Assembly: GCF_001194135.2 (NCBI RefSeq)
Contig: NC_069001.1
Span: 33,969,553-34,033,552 of the forward strand
Direction of reading: 5' to 3'
DNA: 64,000 bases
Source: Octopus bimaculoides
Taxonomy: Eukaryota
The position numbers were made by a program, and so were the translations under genes. Numbering within the stretch: position 1 is the stretch's first letter; each line of letters begins with the position of its first letter. Below are positions 11,956-26,150 of the stretch, piece after piece. The notes below the pieces were generated by a model. It did not search any database, was not told the origin of the DNA, and saw only the letters and a program-made list of their open reading frames with translations.

Positions 11956-12641
11956 ATTATTATTAATTATTTATTTTGTGTCTCAATAATATGAGACAAG
12001 GATTTCTTCTCTAAGAAATAAACAATAAAATTTCTATAGATTTTTTTTCTTCTTTTTTTATCCAGTTATGTTGTACAGGAGAGTGAAATTGGCTTCAGAT
12101 TGTTAATGAATAATAAAACAGAAAGTGATTAACCTGCAATAAAATAGCACAAGATGCACACACAACACACACAAAACAAATGCAAAAAAAAAAAACAAAA
12201 AAACTAACAATCAAAAGGAAGCAAAAATACATTCCCTTAATGTTTGCTATTTTTCTCTCACCTCTAAACTGGCTGTGATTTACGGATGATAAAATGGTTT
12301 TATAGTTAATAAACTTATCAATAAAATATGTTAGGAAATTGATCTAGCTATTTTATTTGATGGTTCATAAAAAAACAGAAAGCCTTGTAGGAATAACCAA
12401 TTATATTGGCCTACCATAGGACTTTTTATTTGCATAGATTAGTTTCGTTCTTTTTTTTTCATTCTGAATTAGCTATTTATTTATATATATATTTTTGAAA
12501 GCTCAGTCTGGAAGTAGAATAGTCTACATAAGGAATAAGTATATTAATGTTAGTGAGAAGATCATTGTAATTTAGTTCTATTTTTCAATGTTAAAATAGT
12601 TCTTTTGCTAAAACTGCTCAAATGACTAATAGGTTAGTTAA

Positions 12642-12863
12642 CCCTTTAACATTTAAATTACTCTGTGTCAAATGTAATGCTTATTTATTCAAATTCTTTT
12701 CAATTAATCATGCATTGTCTTGTTGCCTCCAGATTTCAACGATGTAATTGTTTGTTTTTAAAATGACATTCTGGGATTAGTGTGAGAGGTCAGATCTGGC
12801 CAGTGTGGACATAAAACAGGTAGAATATATGGGTCAGATATAACTGGTTCAAATCCTAAAGGG
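12642..12863. mobile_element. piggyBac-type MITE
   Basis: TTAA on both sides (12638-12641, 12864-12867); TIRs ccctttaacatttaaa / ttcaaatcctaaaggg. Confidence 0.75.
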
Positions 12864-13134
12864 TTAAGATGTTAATATTCTTAATCTCTGTAGGTGCAGT
12901 ATGGCTGAATGGTTGTCTTGTAATCATGAGGTTCTGGGTTCAATCCTATAGCATGTCATAGCCTCAGGTTTGCCCATATCTTTTGAGTGAAGTTGATTTG
13001 ATGGAAACTGTGTGGAAGCTTTTGGATGGATTGTACCTGCAATTCAAAGGTCCATCTTTATCACTATGTCTGTGGAATACTCAGTCACTTTGATGCTAAT
13101 TCAATGGTTGTTCTGATGATTGAATAACTGAACA

Positions 13135-13215
13135 CTCATCTTGTTTCAGTCATTAGACTGTGACCATGCTGGGGCACCACTTTGATGAATCTTTTAGTCA
13201 AATGAATTGATCCCA

Positions 13216-13250
<35 letters not shown>

Positions 13251-13425
13251 CATGAAACAAGATTCCACACGGTTTCTGTCTACTATATTCAGTTACAAGA
13301 CATTGGTCAGTCTGAAGCTTTAATAGGAGACATATTTGCTCAAGATACTGTGCAGTGGGACTGGAACCCCAAACCATTTGGTTTGGTTGCAAAGCAGGCT
13401 CTTAACTGCATAACCATGCCTGAAC
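13135..13425 (-). mobile_element. SINE family A, inverted and internally deleted
   Basis: Tail and head reverse-complement matches around a (TACA)n tract. Confidence 0.7.
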
Positions 13426-16400
13426 CTATGCCAATTGCTTATATTAAATATTGGATGGGTTTGTCAATAAATATTTTATCGTATTCATTATTACATTTTT
13501 TTCCTATCCATCTACCACAACAATTAAAGGAAAAAAATTCTGCATACATTGATATCTCGTAAGGAAAATTGTGACTCATTTGTAAAATATTAGTCAAGTT
13601 TATATAAGTGACAAGCTATTTTGAATTTTATTTATCTGCCTACAATATTTACTGTATAAACTTGACTTTTTATCCACCAGACATAAATAAAATAAGAACC
13701 ACGATTTTATTTTTGCTTTAATATTTTAGATTTATTTGTCCATGCTTGCATAGATGTAATGGATTTTTTCTATCTTGTTGAAACATTTGTTGCTGTTTAG
13801 CCCCGGGCTAAATTTGTTTATATATAATAAATTAGCTGAAGATAGCTATGGTTGATAAGAGACAGCAAGTAGAACTCTTCCAGAGGTGAAATCCTCGCTA
13901 CCCAACAGATGAAGTGTACAGGCTAAGGAGTGAAGCGTTTGTGACCCTGAGATATCTGCTGATGATATGGGAGGATTTCCAGGATTGAAATGGATTTAGA
14001 AGAGCTTGCAAACTGTTTGACTAGCTCTTGCAGTTTCTGCATAGGGCAAAGCATCTCAAATTTAACCTATGAGAGAATTTCAATGGAGCACAGCAAGCTA
14101 ACCAAATAGAAGTTGCGTAATATCCCTTTACATTTTACGACCATGAGCTGTGGTTCCTTATAACATTTGTTAACAGCTATATGTATGGAGACCTCAGTTT
14201 TTTGTTTTTTTACTAGGAACACTATAAAGAACTAGTGACATTATATGAACCATTAATTGTTTAGTTAGTTGGCCTACAGTTTAACTACTTCACTAGTGAT
14301 GACTCATCACATGTTCAAAAATAGAGTTTACTTGTCAATTTTCAATAAATCCCTTCACTCAAGAAGTGCCATTTTATCTAAATTTTGAAATGATATTTTT
14401 GAATTTTTCAGAATTCAATTTTTTATCTATCATATAAATTTTTGTAAATAATTTGCATACATGAAATAACATTTACAACAGATATAAATGAAAAATAAGC
14501 TACAACAAATAGTAATTCCGTACAGATTTGTCAGTTTATTTGCATAATTTACAAGGTATCGATTTCATTTCATAAACATATCCATTCACATTTTAATGTC
14601 TCATTGTCTTTAATACTGACATTATTGTAATAATTTGATGAAAAAAAAAAATGTACACCTTGTTTGTTGTATTGGGAGAGAGAAAATAAAAAGAAAAGTC
14701 TAGACCAGACCATAGATAATGCATTTTCACACACTTCCTATATCCAAGTTGTTGAAAGCTATCAATCATGTTTACAATTGAGAGCTTTTATTGTAAAGAA
14801 AGATTTGAAAAGCAGATTTTAAAGTTTGTGAGACTTTTTAACTTAACCTGAGACATACTGTTTGCAAAATTGTCACATTCTATCAGTTCTCTAATTTGTA
14901 GTTCAGCAAAACAAAAATTTGTTCCAATTAGAATTCAAATTATGTGGTATAAGTATTTTCTTACTTTTCTGTCTTTATTAAGAGATTTTTACAAAAATTT
15001 TCAAACATCTCAATTTTTTGTGTAGCAGTGTAAAATAGCTTTACAAATATCTCTTCAAAAACTCTCTAATTTTGGGAAAAATTAATTTTTTGATAACTTA
15101 TTTTTTCTGCACAAAATGACAGGTTTCAATTTTGCTATTTTGAAAATATTGAAAACAGCAATATTTTCCTAAACTACATGAAAGCCAAATATAATTACTT
15201 TGAAACAGTACAAACCAATCAATTGTGTGTATGATAGTTTATCATTTTTAACAGGAGTTCTAAGACTTAATATTTTTCAGAGAGCTCCACAAAGTATCTA
15301 TCACAAAGATACAGAATGGTTCCAGTATATAACTATACTGCTTTCTTCTGCCTTCCACAATGTTCTGTTGGGTCTTTTGCATTAAATGAATTCTTGTTAT
15401 TATAGAATTCCATAAATTTTTCCTTCATAAAACATTTTTGATCCTTAAAGTTGTGCAGATTATTTTGAAAGGTTTAATTCTCTTATCACATCATTCAAGT
15501 GAGCCTATCAGATTGGTTTAGGAAAATTTTCAGTAATTTTAGTTGTCGATCGTGAGTCTTCCTCAGTTTAATTTATTTCTTCACCAGTATCTGATGTAGA
15601 AATGTACCTGCTTTAAGGTAAAAGTGAAAATTAGTATACTTTCGCCATATTATGTGGGGTTATGTAGGTCTAATTGCTTATTTCAAGTTCAATTATTGTT
15701 ACACAGAATGTGTTCAAATCCTGCTGAGGTCAACTTTACCTTTCATCTCTATGAGTTTGATAAAATAAGGTACTGAGCAAGTACCAGGGGTGATACAATT
15801 GAATAGCACCCGAAGCCTCAAAACTACAGACCTTTTATCTTTGTTAGATTCAGTTATTACTAAAGATGGAAAACAAGAAGAATAAGGAGAGTCATGGGGG
15901 GGGGGGTAAACAAAGCAAAAGATCTTTGAGTTAATTAATCCCATTGATATAGCACCACATAAGGTAAAGTACCAGTCTACTACTGGGTTCAGTTTATCTG
16001 AAGTTATCTTCTGCAAAATGTTATACCTTGTGTCTTATACTAGAAACCATTATTTCCAAAGTCTTTAATATTACTTCCTCCAAACTTCAAAAATTCCTAA
16101 AAGTACACTTGTTGGAAGCCACTATTGAAACTTTGACCCCAGAATTGCCCAGCAAGATATTTTAATCTTGATTACTAAATATAATCACAAAATGTACGAA
16201 GCTTAGCTTTATCACGTTATGTTGTATTTGTCATTCATTATTGGAAACAATCCTAAAAGGGAAATAAAAACAAGAACAAACGAAAGAAAACCCCCAGGAA
16301 ACTTGTATGGTAAAGTAACACATTAAGAAGGTTTGTTGATATCTGAAAAGACTAAAAAGTACAATGAACAAATTAATGTATTAAAACACGAACATAATTC

Positions 16401-17723
16401 ATAAAAACAGTAGAAACCCATTAAATGAAGTTATAACAATATTAGACATAATAACATTTATATATACACACACATGCAAAATAGTGAGAAAGGATTGGAA
16501 ATATGTTAAATATTTTATACATACATGTTTTGTTTAAATGAAACAAATCTTATTTTTTAATATAAGGAATACATACTTTTTTTTTACCATAAATTTAAAT
16601 ATATGAAAGTAAAAATACTAAAATATTGTTTTCACATAACAAATGTTTTCATATAATAGTTTTACTTAAAGTGTATTAGTGTTTGTTTTCACAAGGTGAG
16701 TTGGACATACATAACACAAAAACAAAAAGAAAAAGGAGGGAGAGAGAAAAAAAGATCACAGGCTACTACATTTTTATTTGAGAAAAGTTTTAGGGAATAC
16801 ATTTTTGTGTATGTTGTGGCCTAAATAGATTTTGTAGTAGAGGAAAATGCATTTTGTAACTGACTGGGATCTGGTTTGCACTGTCCTTCTGCTCATCATA
16901 GATCTCGGTGATTCTTCCATTGTATATGAAGACCATATATATACTGATACTTTCAAATTTAGAAATGATATACAAAATATTGGATGATGTATATCCTTAA
17001 AGAACCTCAATATGTAAATGAAATTGATTTTGATTTTTCACTTTGGCATGCTAAAAACAACCCCCACCATAATACTGAATTCAAGATAAAAAAAATTCTT
17101 GAAATTGACCAATATAATGGTGAAAACCAACTGTACAATATGTGACATGGTTATTTGGTAGGTCACATTGAACTGATATGCACAAGCTTACAGTAAAGTC
17201 ATGTGACTGGCTATTTGAAGAAGGAAAAACTCATTGCTAACAACAATACCAACTTCATATCAATGATAGCATTTAGCTTTTGATTTTTTTGCATTGATAT
17301 GAAGCAAGACAAAATGTTCTTTCAAAATAATACTGGGTTTTGTGTTGCAAAATAACCTCTGCGATTTAAGAACACAACTTCATTATTATTGATAAATCTG
17401 TTTTCCTTACTCCATGGAACCACTTATTGACTAAGCTGTTCTTGTTAAATACAGAACTGTATTTAGATTAATCATCTACTTCACAGTAATGCCATAAGCA
17501 AATTGGATTCCAATAATTTTAGGATTATTGTCTTTTTTTTTTTTCATTTACTATTCATTTTCCACTATTTTGTTTGAGAATAACTTTTTAATAATTCTTC
17601 TATAAAGTAACAAGATTTGAAATGGAAGATATAATTGATAAAAATGAAGCTCTGTATTGGCATGTGTACTTATAAGTAGATGTGTGCATGTGTGTGAAAT
17701 GTGTCTTTATATGTATGATATCA

Positions 17724-17762
<39 letters not shown>

Positions 17763-17919
17763 TACACACACACACACACGTGTGTGTATGAGATATGTTA
17801 ATGGGGACACATACATGAATTATCAACATACTTGTGAGCCTGTTTGCATCTTCACATGCTTGATTCATGCATGCGTAAATGTGTGAAAAAAGGTTGTATA
17901 TGAACGCATATATATGTAT

Positions 17920-17950
<31 letters not shown>

Positions 17951-18622
17951 ATATACATACATGCATAATACATACACACACACACACACATATATATAAG
18001 ATTATATAAATGAATGTGTGTATATAAATAATGGTGATTGAAACACATTAAATGATATTCTAATTCATCCAATATATTAATGAAGTTTTCTCCTTTCAAA
18101 ACCATTTTACCAAATTTATTTATTTTTTCCCCCCTGCTTTTAATTCTTTCCTCATAAATTTTCTCCACTCATATCACAAGAAGAAAATGGATCTTCTGAA
18201 TATCTGCTGAAGAATTTCCCTCATACTGCGTTGTGTAACCATAGAAACCTAGAGTGTAAATGTTGCTAGTATACATGCATAGCTTTAATATTTGGTTGAA
18301 TTCAATAACTTATAAATCTACCTTGCTGAGAGTGTATGCCTCTCAGATATAACTGAATTCATAATATACTTGCTTTTGCCATTTACATCAAATAACTAAC
18401 ACACATGCACACACACAAATATGTACACTGTCTCTCTCTCTCTCTCACAGACACACATACACACACATACTCTCTCTCTCACTCTCTCTCATTCTTTCTC
18501 TCTCTCTTATTCCTACACACTGTATTACTTTGATATCAAAATAACTACATGAAAATGTTCCAAACCATAATTTGCAGGTGAAATGATACATAGACATAAT
18601 TATTATCATTGGAAGATATACA

Positions 18623-18662
<40 letters not shown>

Positions 18663-19092
18663 TGTGTGTATATTTGAATAGGTGATTTATATAATCTGCC
18701 TGCATGTGTGCATTATGTGTAAATGTTATGTGCATTTGTGGGTGGCGAATGTACATTAACATATGCATTAATGTCTTTGTGTATGTATGCATTGTGTATG
18801 CATATTGACATGTATTGCTTCCTTCAGTAAAAGTTAGATTCTTTAAAATCTATACACAATAGCTTCTTGGTTATATTGCTTTTTAAAGTGGGAAATGAAG
18901 TACAACAGCTTCAAAAAATTCTTTTCAAACCTGAATGTATGATTGTGTGAATGTAGTCACATCACAGATGTGAATATGGTTGCAATTAGGAGTTTGCTTG
19001 TAAAAGGTTAATAGTTAAGCTAGCAAACCTGTCACCTGACCTGATCTTTAATTATACAAATGCAATACAGGAAGGAACCAAGACTTACTTAC

Positions 19093-19162
19093 CATCCACT
19101 CCGCTATCATGATTAATGAATGCTGCTGTCACTGAACTTCTGCCAGACTTAACTAATTGGAC
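19093..19162 (-). CDS. candidate 70-nt exon VQLVKSGRSSVTAAFINHDSGVD(G), unknown gene
   Basis: tttctgttgtgtcaacag|...GATG|gtaagt; only one open frame; phase 0-1. Confidence 0.35.
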
Positions 19163-20689
19163 CTGTTGACACAACAGAAAGTGTTTTGCTCTTTGGCAGA
19201 GCTTCTAGCCAGATGCCTTGGCTGTGCAATGATAAGAATACAAATTTAAATATCAATCTCAGTTCTGTAAATTCATCACTTGGTGACAGGAGAATTTTGG
19301 TACACTGTCTTTTGGGTTTGATAGCGAATGGCAAACTGACTTTTATGTTCAAGTTTAATAGTGTGTGCATGTGTGTAGGTGTTTTCCTTGATTAAGACAT
19401 CAAAATCATTGTGTTTAGATGGATGTCAATTTGACTTTCAGATTGCTACCCTGGAGTCTTTTTCATTCACTTATTTTTCTCTGCTCCCTGATATGATGAA
19501 ACTCCTAGATTTTGTTGGAACTACATTAAACATCAGATCCAGTCACAATCTTTAATGTGAGATACTCTGTGGTCGTTAAATCTGCTAGAAATAACAGCTA
19601 GAGTTCACTCACTAGCATCTTAAAAAATAAAAGAGAAGAAAATTTCATGACTATATTGAAAAATGTAGAGTTAGAGGCATGATGGCTGGAAAAAGGACAG
19701 CATGGTCATGACGGGACCAGTTTGGTCATATGCCTGATCAGTCAGGTCTTACCTAGGGTTAAACAACAAGACCAGCCATTCAGTAGTGGCCTGGAAATTT
19801 CTATTTCTTTTACATCTCTTAATTGAACTACTGGTAAGAAATTAGGGATCACTTTTGCTATTTAGTAGTTGTGGAGTAGTTCTTACATCTACTACAACTG
19901 CTGAGAATTTATTTTGCTGTCTAAATTTGCAACAGAACCCTTGCAATGGATTTGAACTTGTAGATCTTTAAGCCAATAATCCAGTACCTTGTTCACTCAA
20001 GTCATTTCATTTTTATTTTCTAGAAATAGGCTGTAATTTAATATGAAGGAATGACGATGTCGAAACAATAAACAAAAGCTTATTTCTTCAAAAGCCATGA
20101 AATCATAACTAAGTATATGGTACAACAATGCATTCTCCACATTAAAAGTTGTGTTTCCTCAACAATTATGTATTTTCCAATTTTTTTTCTGTGAAAAAAT
20201 TTTGATAAATGTTAGTTCTTTTGAGTTTAATAGCTTTTAGATTCATTTATAGATTTGTGAACAATTTTGTGGCACTGTAAAACAATGTTGCTACAAAAAA
20301 CAATATTTAAAAGCTTTTTAAATAATATCAAATTATTTTTTCCCATTTTTAAAAAATCTTTCAGCATCTTCCTCCTCATTACCATTGTCAGTTTATCTCT
20401 TTATTTTCCTTGATGTTGCAAGTTGATAGGTTTTAAGCACTTCATGTTCATTCTGTATCATTTCCTTATTGAGACCAAATGTTTTCAGGTTTGATAGAAT
20501 TATTTCAGCTTGGAACTATGACTAGCTTCAATAGCTTCTAAAATAAATTTCAATTTGTTTACCAAACATACATCATCCAATTGTATTTGTATCCTGCCTC
20601 AGTATTCTTACAGTCGTTCCTACTAACAAAAATTCTTACAGCTGTATTTAGATATTTCCCACCTTCATATCTTTCTCTTCATCAACATC

Positions 20690-20920
20690 ATCGTCATTTA
20701 ACGTCTGTTTTCCATGTAGGCATGGGTTAGATGGTTTGACAGGAGACGGTTTGACAGGAGACGGTTTGAAGAGCTAGCTGGGCTACGTGTCTGTTTTGTA
20801 ATAGTTTCTACAGCTGGATACCCTTCCTAATACCAACCACTTTACAAAGTGTACAAGGTCCTTTTATGCAGCACTGGTATAGGTCCTTTCATGTAGTACC
20901 AGCTCCCATGAGCCTGCAAG
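20690..20920 (-). mobile_element. RTE-LINE 3' tail fragment (family C), with internal 15-bp tandem duplication
   Basis: catcatcgtcatttaacgtctgttttccatg...; ggtttgacaggagac repeated at 20733-20770. Confidence 0.7.
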
Positions 20921-21296
20921 ATTAGGAATGCTCAGCTCCCCAAGTCAGCTCTGACTGAAGAAACCTTTGATCAAAGATGTCCCCAGCTATCATTGACTCT
21001 TTGTCTTGGATAACCTTGTTCATTGTGTCCTTTTTATTTTTAAGAAAGGTCACAATTTGAGAGTATTTGGCTGCTATTTCTGGGCTAGATATCCTTAGAC
21101 ATATTTTCTTTACATTGATACCTTTTGCTGCCCTTGGGCTTTAACACTTTTAGCCTGTACGGGTCCATACTGTAGTAGAGTACTTCAGTTGAATCATGTG
21201 GGCTGTAATAAAGATTTGTGAGTTCAATCTCAACCCAATAATGTTTTTTGGCAGAAATATTAGATGAAGGGCGTGCGTGCATGCGCACATGCACAT

Positions 21297-21348
<52 letters not shown>

Positions 21349-22028
21349 CACAGTATCAACCAAACGATTGAATGTTATAGACGGCTGGTCACAATGCATT
21401 TCCTCACATTGTTGTAGCTTCCAAATGATGACACTTTATAAAACCGTATCTCCTCAATGTACACACGCATGCGCGCGCACACTCACACGAACTAAAATTC
21501 ATTCTACTATTTATTTTCTGGTAAAACAAGCATCTTTCTTTTCAATGTATGGCATCAGTTTAAATAATTGCTCAAAAGAAATTGCTTTTCTAATTATTAA
21601 AATTACGCCATCTATTATAGAACTTGTGAGGTATGTGATATTTTTAGTCCCTTTATTTCAGAAGAAAGAAAGTAACAGAAAATATTACACATTCTACAGT
21701 CTTCTCATTGCCAGGCTGTACTGTTATGCAACATTTTGGCTTCCTAGTTACTAAACAGTGACTAGCAACATGGAACATACTCATGTTCACCTTTCTCTAT
21801 TACAACACACAAAATTCATACACGCAAATATATACAAGGTGATTCAAAACTACCTTCAATACTTGACTGATATATAAACATTTTAACTTTTAATAATGCC
21901 ACACATTTGTTTCTGTATATTTTTAGCATTTTCTTTGCTATTTTTTCCCATGTCTGTATGTGTGTGTACATATATATAATATATATACATACATGGACAA
22001 ATATGCATGCACATACACATACAATATC

Positions 22029-22074
<46 letters not shown>

Positions 22075-22077
<3 letters not shown>

Positions 22078-22490
22078 CACAAGTGTGGCTGTGTGGTAAG
22101 AAGCTTGCTTCCCAATCACATGGTTTTGGATTCAGTCCTACTGCATGACATTTTGAGCAAGTGTCTTCAAATATAGCCTTGGGCCAGCAAAAGCCTTGTG
22201 AGTGGATTTGGTAGATGAAAACTGAAAGAAGTTTGTTATATATATATAGGTGTGTATGTAAATATATTTATGTGTGTGTGTATCTGTATGTGTCCTTCCA
22301 CCATCACTTGACAACTGATGGTGGTGTATTTATGTTTCCTGTGACTAAGTGGTTCAGCAAATAGACCGATAGAATAAGTACTAGGCTTACAAAGAAGAAG
22401 TACTGAGGTCGATTTCTTTGACTAAAATCCTTTAAGGTGGTGCTCCAGCATGGCTGCAGTCAAATGACTGAAAAATATAAAAGAAAAGAA
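22075..22490 (+). mobile_element. SINE family A, full length
   Basis: tggctgtgtggtaagaagcttgcttccc head, (TA)/(GT) interior, gctccagcatggctgcagtcaaatgactgaaa tail. Confidence 0.85.
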
Positions 22491-23636
22491 CATATATAAA
22501 ATGAAGATTATATATATTCTTTATATTATATATATATATATTCATTATTACTATCTTACTACACCTCAATTACACTCAGCCGAGTTAAAATATCAGTACT
22601 TCAGCTTTTGGAACCGTGTGTTCTCTACTGGAAATGTAACTTACAAAATTGCCTCAGAAAATTATGTCCTATAAAATTAACTGATTGTGTAATGGTTTTG
22701 ATGATAATTTGATGGTCCATTAATTGAAGTATTGTCATGTACAATCTAAAAAAATATTCAAATAAAACTCACTGTGTTGTTAAAGCTGTATGTGTGTGTA
22801 TGTATATAAATATATATATATTCATGTATACATATAACATACATATTCTGAATGATTTTTTATGCTTGTCTGTGTCTATGTTGATTTCTACGTATAACAT
22901 AGTCTCCGGCATGTTTGCATAAATATATTCTTCTTCTCTGTAGAAATTATTAGTTACTGAAGAACTCATTCTATTAAATTAAATTCATTGATAGATAACT
23001 TGGAACTGAAAGGCAAATATATGGTTATATCTAAACAGAATCTGGGTGCAAATATGAAGCATAGAAACCAAGGTAGAACGTAAATGCATTGCGGTCCCTC
23101 GTTATTTAAAATTCTTTTCACATCATCTTTATTAAATACAACTTGTGTCATACACATACATGCATATTATAGTTTTGCACAGACATGTGAGTGATTGTAT
23201 GTGTATTTGATAGCATATATGGAAACATGTGCACAATGCCTGTTTCCATATCTAGTTCTTTGCATAAATATATATATACACAGCACTTGATATGAAAACA
23301 TACATTTACTAAATGTATACACATGTACACAAACAAAAGAAAAAAACATAAACACATACAAAGGTTATACATACACTTAGTAAATATGTTTTTATAGTTA
23401 GTGCTGTATATATATACCTATATAAATTTCAATGTCTATGCATTTTCTTTATAACTATACATTCTTTTCTATGTGTGTTAACAGGTTTGTATATATATAG
23501 GTGCAGACACATCAAGAAGCTTGCTTCCTAACTGCATGGTCCTGCGTGGCACCTTGGGCAAGTGGTTTTTACTCTGGTCTTGAGCCAACCAAAACCTTGT
23601 GAGTGGATTTGACAGATGGAAACTGAAAGAAGCCCA

Positions 23637-23678
<42 letters not shown>

Positions 23679-24034
23679 TGTATTTTAATGTGTACAATGA
23701 ACCCTCGTGTATAAGGAACCCCCTAATTTTGGGGGCTTAAAATTTAGAAAAAAAGGTTTTGTAAGAGATTATAATACTATCAATGTATAAGAAACTCCCA
23801 TATACCGTCATGGCTAAAAATTCAAGACAGTGCCCCAGCTTGGCCACAGTCTAGTGACTTAAACAAATGAAATATAAAAATATATGTATAGAATACCTAC
23901 CTTTGACTGTGTGTAGATATATATATATGACACAAATAAATATGAATATTCATGCATTTATGTATGTGTAGGGAAGTGTATGTGTGTAGATATGCATAGA
24001 AACATATGTATACCCACATACATGTGAGTATATT

Positions 24035-24161
<127 letters not shown>

Positions 24162-24792
24162 TCCTGCTTTAAGCATAGTACAGTTCACATGCACACACAC
24201 ATACACACACACACGAATCAATTTCCTGTCTGTGCATGTGTGGTTATATGTAAATAGGAATTATTGTGCTGTGCCATGTATTAAGTGAAGACAGACAGAT
24301 ATGTGGATAGCCTCAGAGATAAAATACAAAATGCAAAGACACAAACACAGAGTGAAGTTAGCTGGTGGTGGGCCAAAAGTAATGTTATTTATTGACTATT
24401 TTTATTTATAGTCCATCTTAAGAGCTTGTATTAGTATTTCTTCAAGACATCCACAATTTATTGTCCTGAAGATATATATACATGTGTATTGTTACTAAAA
24501 TTTTTAATCCTAATTTCCCAAAAGTCAAAATTTAAAAACTAGCCTGTTACTGTAGAAATAGTTAGCTATTTCTTTATTTATCACTGTTTTTATTTTAACC
24601 ATATATGTTTTTGCTTATATATTCTTTTAGGTGTGTTTCTGGTATTTTTTAAAACTTGAAATAAATTAATGGTTGTATTTTGAAAGAATTGATATATATA
24701 GTTTTATTACTATTTTTTCCTTTTTATAAAAAAGCAAAGCACTAACTGAAATAAATACATAAAAATGAGATATGTGCACATGTGTATAAATC

Positions 24793-24824
<32 letters not shown>

Positions 24825-24968
24825 GTATATAAAATAACAAAACAACGTAGGATATTTAAAAGTTTGGGAATTAAGGTAAAGTAGTTGTAAACAAAATAAA
24901 CCAACTAGGAGAACCTCTGTAAATTGCTTTCACAAATTCTTGAATGTATTTGGCTTCCTTAGTTTACA

Positions 24969-25030
<62 letters not shown>

Positions 25031-25087
25031 AGTACACGCATTTGTACGCGCATTTGTACGTGCATTTATATGCACATTTGTACGCGC

Positions 25088-25122
<35 letters not shown>

Positions 25123-25284
25123 AGTATGTACATATGTACGTGCATTTATATGTATACATATATATATAGTGCATGTGTGTATATAAATATATAAATATAT
25201 GTTTACTCAATCATATATTCTTTACACTTATATTTTTTATCGCTCAGTGGAAATTGTATTCATATGATTGACCGTTGACTGAAC

Positions 25285-25460
25285 ACTATTCAATTTTTTT
25301 TCTCCGTGTTTTTCTCCTTGTCTCCGTATTCTTTCTGTTGAAGAGCGTAGCTCGAAACGTCAAAGACTTTCCGTATTCCCGAGCGTCATACTAATATATA
25401 CTTTTGTTATTTACACCACCTGTCCTCGTCTGTTGTTATTTTTTGTATAATCTCCCATAT
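25285..25460 (+). mobile_element. short interspersed repeat carrying a minimal hammerhead-like motif (Penelope-like element end or retrozyme-like)
   Basis: CpG-retaining island in AT-rich DNA; second partial copy at 5015; contains the fold described for 25330-25366. Confidence 0.6.
25330..25366 (+). ncRNA. minimal type I hammerhead ribozyme-like motif, A6U core variant
   Basis: UCUUU-CUGUUGA-A-GAGC(GUA)GCUC-GAAA-CG-UC-AAAGA: stem I UCUUU/AAAGA, stem II GAGC/GCUC, palindromic ACGU stem III, GUC cleavage triplet. Confidence 0.55.
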
Positions 25461-26069
25461 ATATATATATATATCTATATATATATGCACACACATTTCT
25501 TTCATATATGTAAATACATCGGTATATTACTTACATATGTGTTTGTATGCTGAACGACTAAATATAGATGATAGTTTGTATTTCACTTTGTCCTTTAAAT
25601 GGAATTAGGATGTATTTGAAACAAGCAAATATCATTTAAGGATTTGACTTTGTCGAATATAATATTTATAGTTAAAAATGTTTCGTCTAATTTCTGCAGA
25701 CTCATATGGTTTTAGCTCATGCACACACGTGCATACACATGCATATACTCTCGCACACCCATCATGCGGCATTGCTTTGTTTTTTTTACTATTAGATGAA
25801 AGAAAATAAACTGTGGTAACATAGTTTACTAAATGCATTTATATCACAAGATCTGAAAACATCTCAAGTTTAAATTTATCCATGTCGACTCTATAACTAT
25901 TAATTGCTATAAATTGTTACAGGAACAATAGTTATAAACTAATGTTCATCATTATATTTTTCGTAGCCATAGGCATGTGTTCTCTTAAGTGAGTTAGGTT
26001 AGAGCAGGTTGCCGTCACCAGTGAAATTGAATTAGTTTCTGGATAGTTTTGAGGAACATAGCAGAGAAA

Positions 26070-26150
26070 ATGTCTCCAATGAGAGAGGATGATTGTTACT
26101 TGGTTACTATGGAAACTGATGGAGCTCATCAAATATGCATGAGCTCATTG
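26070..26150 (+). other. candidate first exon ending at a strong donor (coding status unknown)
   Basis: CTCATTG|gtaagt at 26151; the ATG at 26070 gives MSPMREDDCYLVTMETDGAHQICMSSL in phase 0; no good upstream acceptor. Confidence 0.3.
26095..26116 (+). promoter_or_regulatory. overlapping RFX X-box motifs
   Basis: GTTACTATGGAAAC (26103-26116) fits GTTNCYATGGNAAC; GTTACTTGGTTAC (26095-26107) is a second imperfect copy. Confidence 0.4.

Noticed and set aside
13860-14110. Protein-like frames on both strands
   Set aside because: Stops in every frame and no usable donor; probably an unidentifiable transposon remnant.
16774-17010. Overlapping minus-strand ORFs of 61 and 78 aa
   Set aside because: No recognisable motif and no convincing splice pair.
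20043-20066. TGAAG...GAC-GAT-GTC-GAAAC hammerhead-like string
   Set aside because: Core too degenerate; no cleavage triplet or stem I.
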